DNA of 64,000 bases from an uncultured Holophagales bacterium (GCA_963842525.1 CAWJGT010000025.1:64001-128000); one strand, 5' to 3'; numbered from the stretch's first letter, positions 18,768 to 29,782 are shown. Numbers and translations: made by a program. The notes: generated by a model not told the origin, from the sequence alone.

Positions 18768-19826
18768 TCACCACTGGAGCAGCACCAGCTCCGAGCAGAA
18801 GCCGGGACCCATGGCCATGAGCATGCCATAGGTCCCCGGCGCAGGGCGGTGATGCTCCAGGGTGTCGGCGAGCACGAGGAGGACCGAGGTCGAGGACAGG
18901 TTCCCGACCCGGCGCAGGCTGTCCCAGGTAACGTCGAGCGCGCCGTCGGGCAGCTCCAGCGACTCCTGCATGGCTTCGAGCACCTTCGGGCCGCCGGGGT
19001 GGCAGACCCAGGAGCCGATGTCGGCGCGGGTCAGCTCGTGGTCCGCGAGGAAGGTGTCCACGTCCTGGCGCAGGAATTTGCGCGCGACCTCGGGGACTTC
19101 GGCCGAAAGGACGATCCGGAAGCCGCTCTCGGAGATGTCCCAGCCCATCACCCGCTCGGAGTCGGGATAGAAGACGGACCGGGTGGCGACGATGCGCGGC
19201 CCCGGCTCGCTCCGCTCTTCGCCCACCACCAGGACGGCGGCGGCGCCGTCGCCGAACAGGCCCGAGGCGATCAGGTTCGGAATGGATAAATCCTCGGCCT
19301 GGAGAGTCAGCGAGCAGAGCTCGACCGAGAGGAGCACGGCCACCTGGTCCGGAAAGGCGCGCACGTAGTCGGCCGCCCGGGCGATCCCCGCCGCGCCGGC
19401 CACGCAGCCCAATCCGAAGATCGGCATCCGTTTGATCTGCGTTGGCAGCCCGAGCCGGTTGATCAGGCGCGCGTCGATCGAAGGGGTCGCGACGCCGGTG
19501 ACAGTGACGAAGAGGATGGCGCCGAGGTCCTCGGCCGGGATGCCGGACCGGCGCAGCGCGTCGAGGACGGCCTCCCCTCCCACCTCCTGCGCAACCCGGA
19601 TCCAGGCGTCGTTCGCCTTCCCCCAGGTCGTGAGCCCGTCGTACTCCTCGATGGGCAGCGCGAGGTGGCGCCCGCCGACCAGGACGTTCTGGTGCAACCG
19701 CTCCAGCCGCTCGAGGTTGAAGAACCGGTCCGCCCAACGCCTCTGCAACGCGGCGAGCAGGGTCTGCTGGTCGTAGTAGTGGGGCGGGAGCGCCCGCCCG
19801 ACAGCGGCAATCTCAAGCAGCCTCAA
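18768..19826 (-). CDS. Type III polyketide synthase (SrsA/BpsA-like)
   Basis: Catalytic triad motifs GLGC, HPGG, GNLSS; LFGDGAAA, GPGF. Confidence 0.92.
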   Translation of the reverse strand: MRLLEIAAVGRALPPHYYDQQTLLAALQRRWADRFFNLERLERLHQNVLVGGRHLALPIEEYDGLTTWGKANDAWIRVAQEVGGEAVLDALRRSGIPAEDLGAILFVTVTGVATPSIDARLINRLGLPTQIKRMPIFGLGCVAGAAGIARAADYVRAFPDQVAVLLSVELCSLTLQAEDLSIPNLIASGLFGDGAAAVLVVGEERSEPGPRIVATRSVFYPDSERVMGWDISESGFRIVLSAEVPEVARKFLRQDVDTFLADHELTRADIGSWVCHPGGPKVLEAMQESLELPDGALDVTWDSLRRVGNLSSTSVLLVLADTLEHHRPAPGTYGMLMAMGPGFCSELVLLQW

Positions 19827-19888
19827 GACAGCATCCGCTTCGAAGAATTTGCATCCTCAACAGCCGAGCGGGAAGGCTACCACAGTCC

Positions 19889-20155
19889 TTGGAGGCGTAC
19901 ACGGCGATCGAGATCGACGCGCCACCCGAGGTCGTCTGGAAGCATGTCGTCTCCTTCCCCGAGCTGCCGGCGCCCCGCGAGTGGCTTTTCCGGGCCGGCA
20001 TCGCCTATCCGATCAGGGCGGAAATCCGCGGCAGCGGCCCCGGCGCCGTGCGCACCTGCCTCTTCTCGACCGGCCCCTTCGTGGAGCCGATCGAGGTCTG
20101 GAGCGAGCCGGTCCTCCTCCGCTTCGCGGTGACGCAGAACCCACCGGCGATGCGC
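19889..20155 (+). pseudogene. Fragment of an SRPBCC-type protein
   Basis: IEIDAPPEVVW..FRAGIAYP..GPGAVRTCLFSTGPFVEPI; no start context, homology stops abruptly. Confidence 0.55.
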
Positions 20156-20387
20156 GCTATGGGGCGGGTGGCGAGAGGCCTGAGGCCGATGGGGACCGGA
20201 GGTCGGAGATGTCCAGTTGGCCGGCTGTGCTTTTTGGTGGTTCGGGGGGCGGGAGACACCCTTTCGGCCTGCGCATTCGCACCTCGGCTGCACCGAGGTC
20301 TTCCCCGGAGGCTTCGCCGAGGCGGAGAAGAAGCGAAGGTGACCCGGGGTCGCTCCCACGACATTGCGGTAGAGCGGCACAACCGGC

Positions 20388-20544
20388 CCGAGGCCTTGAG
20401 CATGACCGGATAACCGATCGTCTCGGCAAAGTCCGCTGCGCCGCCGCATGGGCGAGGCCGCGGTCAAGGCCGCCTCGGCGGCCGGCTACAGCAACGCGGG
20501 CACCTGCGAGTTCCTGCTCGCCTCGGACGGCGATTTTTATTTCC
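20388..20544. repeat. Two joined copies of internal segments of the biotin carboxylase gene
   Basis: 20388-20436 is the reverse complement of 23362-23410. 20435-20544 matches 23679-23788 with 2 mismatches. Confidence 0.9.
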
Positions 20545-21050
20545 ACAGCTCCGCCCGACCCAGGAGAGCTTTGGGGAGAAGGATGGCTTAATGGGAGGCC
20601 AGTGGAGTTCGTCTATCCCGTAGCAAGAGAGAGGGGTGCCTCTCTCACGAACGGCAGGTGCGGAGGAAAGCTCCCGATCGGAAACCGCGCAGTCCGGTCA
20701 CCCAGGCGGAGCTTTTCTGACGCTTCCAGGAAGGCAGCCAGGAACCAGCCATAAGCTTCGTAGAGCTGCGGACCTTACGGCTGAAGGCGTGGAAGAGCGG
20801 AGCGGGCGATTTTTGGGTCTTCAGCGGCTGGTCCGTTGGCTTCTGGCGCAGGATCGCTCGTGGTCTCTGAGGCTCGCGCCCGGTTTGAGCCTCTCAGTGG
20901 CGGCTTCCTTTTCGATCCCCTCGATCAGCTCGGCGATCCGCTTCCGGTACTGCTCGGGAGATAGATGAGTCCAGCAGGGTAGGAGCTCGAGTCGGAGCGT
21001 CTCGGTCTCGGCGAAGTCGCGCGGTCCAATCCTCCGACCGGCCAGACGAA
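20545..21050 (-). mobile_element. Degenerate C-terminal half and 3' flank of a putative HUH/Y1 (RAYT/IS200-like) transposase
   Basis: LPCWTHLSPEQYRKRIAELIEGIE..KSPAPLFHA..YEAYGWFLAAFLEASEKLRLGDRTARFPIGSFPPHLPFV with frameshifts; homologous to ~2963-3163. Confidence 0.65.
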
Positions 21051-21051
21051 T

Positions 21052-21161
21052 GTAGGGGCAGGCCTTGTGCCTGCCCTTGTCCCGCCTCCCTCATGACGAG
21101 GACAGAAATCCGAATCGACCGCCGTGGCAAGACCGAGGGCAACCACAAGGGTTGCCCCTAC
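21052..21161. repeat. GTAG-family REP doublet (inverted pair)
   Basis: gtaggggcaggccttgtgcctgccc ... gggcaaccacaagggttgccccta c. Confidence 0.8.
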
Positions 21162-21281
21162 ACTTCGCTACGCCGCAGTAGGTGGTCCGAACCAGGTGGT
21201 TAGGGCGTCGGCGAACGTGCCGCCCGGCTACCTGTCGGGCTGGCCCGGCTAAGGCAGGATCTCGACGGCGAAGCTCCGCTA

Positions 21282-21455
21282 CTACAGCGTAGCGAACCAG
21301 GAGATCGGCCAACTCTTTCGGACGACTGAGCGCGACGCAGTGACCACCGGGGATCTCATCAGGGGTGATGCCCAGGCGCTCCGGCACGAGCCGGCGAAAG
21401 GCGGCCGGGAATAGGCGGTCGTCTTGGCAAAGGATGAACTTCGTCCGCACGTTCG
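21282..21455 (-). pseudogene. C-terminal fragment of an alpha/beta hydrolase
   Basis: FILCQDDRLFP..LGITPDEIPGGHCVALSRPKELA. Confidence 0.6.
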
Positions 21456-21762
21456 GCGGTCGGATCGGCAAGCGAGAACGGATCCGGCCCCTCCAGCGAT
21501 GCCACCGGCACGTCCGCGCCGCCCGTGAGGGCCCGCTGGATCGACACGGACCACTCGTTCCGATCGTGGCTCTGCCACACCATGATCACCAAGCGTCCGT
21601 TGGGCCGCATGGCGCGCCAGATGTTGGCGAACGCAGCGACCGGGTCAGCGAAGAACATCGTCCCGAATCTGCTGATCGCGACGTCGAAGCGCTCTTCGGG
21701 GAAGCGATGGACCTCGGCGTCGGCGCGCTCGTAACTGACGTTACGCAACGCTTCGGCTACCG
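21455..21762 (-). pseudogene. Internal fragment of a class I SAM methyltransferase
   Basis: ADAE..FDVAISRFGTMFFADPVAAFANI..MRPNGRL..W..PFSLADP. Confidence 0.65.
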
Positions 21763-21764
21763 TT

Positions 21765-21945
21765 AGTCCGGCCTGGAGGCGGTGACGATCTTCGAGCTGC
21801 TGAGGGGGCGGCCGGAGCTGAGCTTTTCGGACGGTCAGCTGCGGACGTTGCAGCGACGGATCCGTAGTTGGCGGGCGTCGCAGGGTCCCGAGCGAGAGGT
21901 CATGTTCGCGCAGGAGCATCGTCCAGGGGAGTACGCCCAGAGCGG
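21765..21945 (+). pseudogene. Fragment of an IS21-family IstA transposase
   Basis: FSDGQLRTLQRRIRSWRASQGPEREVMFAQEHRPGEYAQS. Confidence 0.7.
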
Positions 21946-22094
21946 CGACGTTCTCGAAGCCGAGACGACGGACTGGTACCTCAGCCGGGTGACGCCGCAT
22001 GGAGCAGCGGCGCTCCTGGGCCGAGCACAGCCCCCTCAAAGGGATGTGCAGCTCAAGATCTCCGATGATCCTCGCTTCCTCTGTTCCCGGGGCG

Positions 22095-22430
22095 CTGGCC
22101 GACCGGGCGAGGATTCGGACTTGAGGATTGCTCGTTCACCAGGCGCTGAAGGACCTGTGTCTTGAAGGCATGAAGGTTGCCTCGGGCTTCATTCCTGGGT
22201 GAGGCATTGTGTTTCCAGCCATGCACGTAGATGACAACAATGGCGCCGTCTGGACGCTCGTTCGCTTCTGCGATCGTGAGCAGGGTTCCGAGGAACTGGT
22301 CTCGCTGCCAGAACTCTCCATGGTCATCAAGCTCTACATGGACCAGCTCGTTTCGGAGCGATCTGTAAGCGTATCGGGCAAGTCGGTCGAAAGGCGCTTC
22401 GACATCTTGATGCAATCGATGAATCCGTGG
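22095..22430 (-). pseudogene. N-terminal fragment of an esterase/alpha-beta hydrolase
   Basis: VELDDHGEF..IVVIYVHGWKHNA; truncated. Confidence 0.55.
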
Positions 22431-22627
22431 CAGCATCGATGTCGACGAAGTACGCCCTGGGGACGCCTTCGGATCTTTGACAATTGACGTATGCGTTGGG
22501 AGCGGTCCGGTCTGGCCCCGGTGAGGCGCTCCCTGCTCACGCGCTCCGTGGCGCCGGGCGCTATTTCCGGCTGGAGGCACCTTGCCTTATGGAGGGTCCC
22601 TCGAACCGGGACCCAGGAGGTGAATTC

Positions 22628-22834
22628 ATGCGCAAGACCCTGCTTCTGCTTCTCGCCCTGTTGGCGGTCGTAGCCGCCCTCGGCACCCCCATCCCCACGG
22701 CGGAGGCCGCCGGGGGGACGAACTGCAGCTACAAGTGCGACTGCGCCGGCAGAGCCTTGAAGTGCTGCCCGGCCGGCTCGACCTTCTGCATGCCGACCAG
22801 CGAGTTCGGCTGCCCCCAGATCTACACCTGCTGA
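22628..22834 (+). CDS. Small secreted Cys-rich peptide (68 aa, 8 Cys)
   Basis: Strong AGGAGGTG RBS, hydrophobic signal peptide with AEA cleavage motif, mature part NCSYKCDCAGRALKCCPAGSTFCMPTSEFGCPQIYTC. Confidence 0.8.
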   Translation: MRKTLLLLLALLAVVAALGTPIPTAEAAGGTNCSYKCDCAGRALKCCPAGSTFCMPTSEFGCPQIYTC

Positions 22835-22905
22835 CTCCCTCACAATCCGCGGCGGGCCTCGGTGCCCGCCGCGCCCATCTCCATCTCCGGTAAGATCTCC
22901 TTGCC

Positions 22906-24458
<1,553 letters not shown>

Positions 24459-24468
<10 letters not shown>

Positions 24469-24959
24469 TCGTCCGCCACGGCGAGCGGGAGGAGAAGGTC
24501 CGGGTCCGCCGCGTCGACGACGGCTACGAGATCACGGTCGGCGACCGGACCTACCAGGTCGATGCCCTGCGCCTCGGGAACGACATCCACAGTCTGCGCA
24601 TCGGCGGCGAGCAGCACGAGGTCTCCGTGCGTCGGCAGGGCGAGGACTATGCAGTCACCAGCCGGCACGGGACCGCCACCGTCTCCGTGACCGATCCGCT
24701 GACCCACCTCGCCCAGCAGACCCGCGGCGGCCAGGGAGCGAAGCGTCACGAACGGGTCCGCGCCTACATGCCGGGCCGCGTTGTGGCCCTCCTGGTCCAG
24801 GAGGGGGACACCGTCACCGCCGGGCAGGGAGTCGTCGTCCTGGAAGCGATGAAGATGGAGAACGAGATCCGGGCCGAGCACGACGGCACGGTCCGCCAGA
24901 TCTTCGTCCAGCCCGGCCAGGCGGTCGACAACGGCGAGCCGCTGTTCGAGCTGGGCTGA
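24459..24959 (+). CDS. Biotin carboxyl carrier protein
   Basis: GTG start overlapping the upstream stop region; MPGRV, EAMKMEN biotinylation motif. Confidence 0.88.
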
Positions 24960-24996
24960 GCCGGCGCTCTACAATGCCGCCCGGGAGGCTAACGCC

Positions 24997-26411
24997 ATGC
25001 CCTCTCGGACCTCCAACCCCCACCATGCCGGCCTCTCCCGCCGCCGCTTCCTCCATCTCGGTCTCGCTGGTGGAGTCGGCTTGGCGGGGCTCTCGCGATG
25101 GGCGGCGGCCCAGGGGACGCCTCCGGCTCCCACGTCAGCCGCCGGCCGCTGGCTGGACGCGGCGGTCCGGGCCGCGCGGTGGATCCGTACAACCAGGATC
25201 CATACGCCGCACGGCCTGCTCTGGCTGGAGGGGCCGGAGCGACCTGACGGCCTGCGGTCGAGCCCCGACCTCTACAGCGGCACCTCCGGCGTGGTGCTCT
25301 TCCTCGCCGAGCTCGCCCGCGTCACCGGCGACTCCGCCTGGCTGGACGAGGCCTCGGCAGGTGCCGATGCGCTGATCGCCGGCCTGCCGGCTGCGATCGA
25401 TCCGGAGCGGTTGGAGGACGGCCTCTACACCGGCGTGCCGGGGATCGGCTTCACCCTCCAACGGATTGCGCAGGCGACAGGGAAAGAGGCGCACCGGAAC
25501 GGCGCGCTGCGCTGCCTCGACCTGGTCCATGCCGCGGCCAAGCCGGCCGGGGCCGGAATCGCCTGGGGGTCGGGGACCGACATCGTCGCGGGCTCGGCCG
25601 GGACGATCCTCTACCTTATCTATATGGCTCGCGAGCTGGACCGGCCGGCCTCGCGGGATCTGGCCCTGAAGGCTGGCCTTCGTCTGGCCGAGCTGGGCAT
25701 CCCGGAGGCGGGGGGCCGCAAATGGAAGTGGGCGACCGACCCGCAGGCCGAACGGCTGATGCCCAACTTCTCGCACGGCACGGCGGCATCGCCTACGCCC
25801 TCGCCACCCTCCACCTGGAGACGAACCGCAAGGAGCTCCTCGATGCGGCTGTCGCAGGGGGCCGCTATCTCCAGGCCGTGGCGGACACCACGGGCAACGG
25901 CTGCCTGGTCTTCCACCATGAGCCCGGAGGGAAGGACCTCCACTACTTGGGTTGGTGCCACGGCCCGGTCGGCACCTCCAGGCTCTTTCATCAGCTCGCC
26001 CGAGCAACCGGCGATCAGAGCTGGCGGGAGTGGGAGCTCCGGGGCACCAAAAGCATCCTGGACAGCGGCATCCCCGAGCGGCAGACCCCCGGCTTCTGGA
26101 ACAACGTAGGCCAGTGCTGCGGCTCGGCCGGCGTCGCGGAGCACTTCCTCGACCTCGCCCGCCGGACCGGCGACGCCGGGTATCTCGCTTTTGCCCGCCG
26201 GGTTGCCACGGATCTCCTCGATCGCGCGACGCCGACTCCGGGAGACGGTCTGAAGTGGATCCATGCCGAGCACCGGGTCCGTCCCGGGTACGTCTACGCC
26301 CAGACCGGCTACATGCAGGGAGCGGCCGGCATCGGTCTGCTCTTCCTTCATCTGGACGCCGTGGAGAAGGGGAAGGAGCACGCCTTCCGGCTGCCGGCTG
26401 CGCCGGCCTGA
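24997..26411 (+). CDS. LanC-like (lanthionine synthetase C-like) protein with Tat signal; frameshift near 25783
   Basis: SRRRFL twin-arginine motif; LYSGTSG, LYTGVPG, NFSHGTA(G), GWCHG, QCCG, GYMQGAAG repeats. Confidence 0.8.
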
Positions 26412-26430
26412 GCCCAGGTTCGGTCCGAAG

Positions 26431-26459
26431 TTGACGGCCTCCAGGAGAGGAGCTACACT
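26431..26459 (+). promoter_or_regulatory. Putative sigma70 promoter of the R-M operon
   Basis: TTGACG-17 bp-TACACT. Confidence 0.55.
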
Positions 26460-26480
26460 CGGCGTAAAAAGAGCGTAAAA

Positions 26481-27473
26481 GTGGATACCCAGCTCGATCT
26501 CTTTGAACGGAAACGCCAGACCGCCGTGATAGGATCCGATGGTCCACCTGGGTGCCCGAGTCCTGTTCCTTCGAAGGAAAGGAAGCTGTCCGAAAGCTGT
26601 CCGATGAGCCCAATTCGTGAGCATGCCGCATACCAGGAGGCCGAGCGCCCAGGCTTGGGTGAGCCCCGCCTCACAACGACCCATGGCCTGCTCTTTCAGG
26701 CCGACTGCCTCAAGCTCCTCGGGGCTATTCGATCGGAGTCGGTCGACTCCATCTTCGCCGATCCGCCGTTCAACCTGAACAAGGAATATCGGAACGGATT
26801 CAAGGATGTCTTGCATGAGGACGACTATCTGAGCTGGTGCTTGCGATGGATCGACGAGTGTTGTCGCGTCTTAGTACCTGGAGGCGCGCTCTTCATCTAT
26901 GTCCTACCTCGGTGGGCCTTCCACTTCGCGGCTCACCTGGATGGTCCCCTGGAGTTCCGCCATTGGATCGCACTTTCGATGAAGGGCACTTTCCCGCGTG
27001 GCGAGAAGCTCTATCCCGCTCACTATGCGCTTCTGTATTTCACCAAGGGAAAGCCGCGCGTCTTCAATCGCGTCCGCTTGCCGGTGCCAGCCTGCCGCCA
27101 TTGCGGAGGAGACCTCAAGGACTACGGCGGACATCGGAAGTACCTCAATCCAGAAGGCCTCAACCTGACGGATTTCTGGGAGGACACCTCTCCCAACCGG
27201 CACCGGCACTCCAAGGCGCGCCCCGGGGTCAACGAGCTGAAACCGATGATCCCAGCCCGGGCCGTCGAGATCTCGACTCGTCCGGAAGACATCGTCCTCG
27301 ATCCGTTCGGGGGTGGCGGTAGCACCTTCCAGGAGGCGCAGCGGCTTGGCCGCTACTGGATCGGCAGCGAGATTGGCGATTGCGCGGCGATCGAGCATCG
27401 AATCCGGACCTTCGCGCCGACGACCCTCGGGCGCAAGCCGCCACGAAAAATCCTGTCGATCCTGTCGGCCTGA
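26481..27473 (+). CDS. Beta-class N4/N6 DNA methyltransferase (start uncertain)
   Basis: Motif IV ADPPFN precedes motif I DPFGGGGST. Confidence 0.88.
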   Translation: MDTQLDLFERKRQTAVIGSDGPPGCPSPVPSKERKLSESCPMSPIREHAAYQEAERPGLGEPRLTTTHGLLFQADCLKLLGAIRSESVDSIFADPPFNLNKEYRNGFKDVLHEDDYLSWCLRWIDECCRVLVPGGALFIYVLPRWAFHFAAHLDGPLEFRHWIALSMKGTFPRGEKLYPAHYALLYFTKGKPRVFNRVRLPVPACRHCGGDLKDYGGHRKYLNPEGLNLTDFWEDTSPNRHRHSKARPGVNELKPMIPARAVEISTRPEDIVLDPFGGGGSTFQEAQRLGRYWIGSEIGDCAAIEHRIRTFAPTTLGRKPPRKILSILSA

Positions 27474-27490
27474 CCAGGCCTAACCACGAG

Positions 27491-28045
27491 ATGCCGAAGA
27501 TCGCGGTGGAGAAGTGGTTCAACGGAGCCGAGGAGCGGATAGCGCGCCTGGGCCTCGGGCCTCTCTGGAACGAGCTCATCCAGATCTTGACCGGCTTCGA
27601 GCTTCTTGTTGAGGAGCGCCGCGACGCCAACGGGGCCGCAGAGATCCGGTCGATCTTCGACACGCGCTTTCTTCTCGCCGAGGGTTGGTCCAAAAAGCAG
27701 ACGGGAGGCGTCGACTGGACGAAGTGCCGCGCCATCAACGGAACGAGCGTCTGCCTGGGCGTCGAGGTTCAGTTCTCGGGGCGAAGCGATCTCGTCATCG
27801 TGGACGTCGTGCACCTCCGAGAGGAGCTGATCAGCGGTCGAATCGATGTCGGGGTCGTGGTGGTCCCCTCGAACCGCTTGGCCCCTTTTCTGACAGACCG
27901 GGTGGCGCGCTATGACGATGCAGTCCGGGCGGTCGAGCGAGCCAGGGCAGAGGATCTCCCTCTCGCGGTGATCGCTCTCGAGCACGATGGTTCTGGACCA
28001 GCCATTGCAAAGCGGCGGACTCGTCAGGGACGAGCCCAGAGCTGA
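27491..28045 (+). CDS. Type II restriction endonuclease, BglII/BstYI-like
   Basis: VD..K...GVEVQF (D...ExQ) and IDVGVVVVP; directly downstream of the MTase. Confidence 0.7.
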   Translation: MPKIAVEKWFNGAEERIARLGLGPLWNELIQILTGFELLVEERRDANGAAEIRSIFDTRFLLAEGWSKKQTGGVDWTKCRAINGTSVCLGVEVQFSGRSDLVIVDVVHLREELISGRIDVGVVVVPSNRLAPFLTDRVARYDDAVRAVERARAEDLPLAVIALEHDGSGPAIAKRRTRQGRAQS

Positions 28046-28088
28046 GGCCCCTGAAACGTTTCCCCCTCCCGTCCGTCTTCTCTTGCGG

Positions 28089-28604
28089 ATGGAGACGGCG
28101 TTCGAGACGGCGGCGCAGCAGTACCAGCGGCGGATCTTTTCCTTCGCGCACTACCTGCTCTCGAACCGGGAGGAGGCGGAGGACGTGACGCAGGAGGTCC
28201 TGCTGCGCCTGTGGCGCCACCACGATGGGGTCGAAGAGGAGCGGCTCGGCACCTGGCTGCTGCGGGTGACCCGCAACGCCTGCTACGACCTGCTCCGCCG
28301 GCGGCGGGCGGTCGCGGTCCACGGCACCGAGGAGAGTCTCGACGCCGGAACGCTGCCTGAGCTGCCCAGCGCGGAGGCGGGCCCGGACGGCCGGGCCGAG
28401 GCGTCCGACTTCCGCCGGCACCTGCTCCGGGCCCTGCAGGACCTGAGGGAGCCTTACAAGAGCGTCGTCATCCTCCGCGAAGTCCAGGGCCTCTCCCAGA
28501 AAGAGATCAGCGAGGCCCTCGGGATCCCGGAGGTCACCGTCCGCGTCCATCTCCATCGGGCGCGGCGCAAGCTCCGGGAGCTACTGCGGGAGGTGTACCA
28601 ATGA
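28089..28604 (+). CDS. ECF RNA polymerase sigma factor
   Basis: AEDVTQEV, WLLRVTRN region 2; region 4 EISEALGIPEVTVRVHLHRAR. Confidence 0.9.
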   Translation: METAFETAAQQYQRRIFSFAHYLLSNREEAEDVTQEVLLRLWRHHDGVEEERLGTWLLRVTRNACYDLLRRRRAVAVHGTEESLDAGTLPELPSAEAGPDGRAEASDFRRHLLRALQDLREPYKSVVILREVQGLSQKEISEALGIPEVTVRVHLHRARRKLRELLREVYQ

Positions 28605-29179
28605 TCGGACTGGACGAGACGATGAGCTGTGACGAGGCCCAGGATCTCCTCGAGCCCTGGCTGGACGGCGACCTGCCGGCCGGCGAGGCGGCCCGGGTGC
28701 GCGCTCACCTCGACCGCTGCGCCGCCTGCGCCGCAGAGCTGGAGCTCGCCGCTCTCATCCAGACGGAGCTGCGGTCGCTTCCACAGCACGATTGCCCGCC
28801 GGAGGTCCTCCAGCGGGTCCTCGATACTGGCCGGGGCGGCCGGGGCGAGATCGTCCCCTTCCGGCCTTCCACGGAGGGAGCGGCGCAGGGCCGGAAGGCC
28901 CCACGACGCTCGTTCCGGATCGTCCTGGCGGCGGCGATGCTCGCGGCCATCGTGGGCGGATCGGTCTTCTTCATCCAGCAGCGGGAGCCCGCGGCCGGGA
29001 GCCCGAGCGCGGACGAGGTGGCACAGGCCACCGAGGAGGCCCGCTTCGCCCTGGCCTACGTCGGCAAGGTCACTCGTCGCGCCGGTCTCGGCCTGCGCGA
29101 CGACGTCCTCCGCCGGCGCCTGGTCGACCCCACGACCCGCAGTGTGCGCGGGCTGGGCTCGCTTCCGACTGAACAGTAG
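28601..29179 (+). CDS. Zinc-finger (zf-HC2) anti-sigma factor
   Basis: HLDRCAAC motif, single TM helix, ATGA overlap. Confidence 0.85.
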   Translation: MIGLDETMSCDEAQDLLEPWLDGDLPAGEAARVRAHLDRCAACAAELELAALIQTELRSLPQHDCPPEVLQRVLDTGRGGRGEIVPFRPSTEGAAQGRKAPRRSFRIVLAAAMLAAIVGGSVFFIQQREPAAGSPSADEVAQATEEARFALAYVGKVTRRAGLGLRDDVLRRRLVDPTTRSVRGLGSLPTEQ

Positions 29180-29191
29180 AAAGGTCTCACC

Positions 29192-29755
29192 ATGCGCAAG
29201 CCCATCCTTCTCCTCACGCTCCTCGGCCTCCTGGAGGCCGTCTCCGCGGCGGCCGGGCCGCCCGCGACCCCGCCCGGCTCGATCCCGTTCGACGAGCTGG
29301 GGATCTTCCCGCGCGAGAAGCTGAGCGTCGAGATCAACCTCGGGCCGCCGCTGCTGCGCCTGGTCGCCGCAGCCATGGGCAAGGAGGATCCCGAGTTCTC
29401 CCGGTTGATCACCAACCTACGGGAGATCCGGGTCCAGGTCTTTCCCGTCACAGCGGGCGATGAGGGCTCGGTCCGCACGCGGATCGGACGCGCCGTGAGC
29501 TGGCTGGAAGACCACGGCTGGGCGGCGACCGTGAAGGTCCGCGAGAAGGACGAAGAGACCTTCATCTATCTGAAGGAAGCGGACGGCAACATCCAGGGGC
29601 TGACCCTCCTCTCCTTCCAGCCTGGGGAAGAGGCGGTCGTCATCAACATCGTCGGCCGGATCGATCCGGCCCAGCTCGGACGGCTCGGCCAGACGTTTGA
29701 CATCCCGGCGCTGCAAAAAACCCCAGACGGTAAGAGCACCGACAAGAAACCTTGA
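29192..29755 (+). CDS. DUF4252-like secreted protein
   Basis: Signal peptide; VEINLGPPLL, GWAATVKVRE, VINIVGRIDP. Confidence 0.7.
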   Translation: MRKPILLLTLLGLLEAVSAAAGPPATPPGSIPFDELGIFPREKLSVEINLGPPLLRLVAAAMGKEDPEFSRLITNLREIRVQVFPVTAGDEGSVRTRIGRAVSWLEDHGWAATVKVREKDEETFIYLKEADGNIQGLTLLSFQPGEEAVVINIVGRIDPAQLGRLGQTFDIPALQKTPDGKSTDKKP

Positions 29756-29782
29756 CCAGGAAACCCAATACGGAGGCGAGCC

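Noticed and set aside
20388-20544. Diversity-generating retroelement template/variable repeat pair with accC
   Set aside because: No reverse transcriptase in the window, only two adjacent mismatches, one copy is inverted, and the target is a core enzyme region.
21178-21280. Integron attC site
   Set aside because: A GTTAGG-like core is present, but I could not find a matching inverse core with a paired stem, and no integron integrase is nearby.
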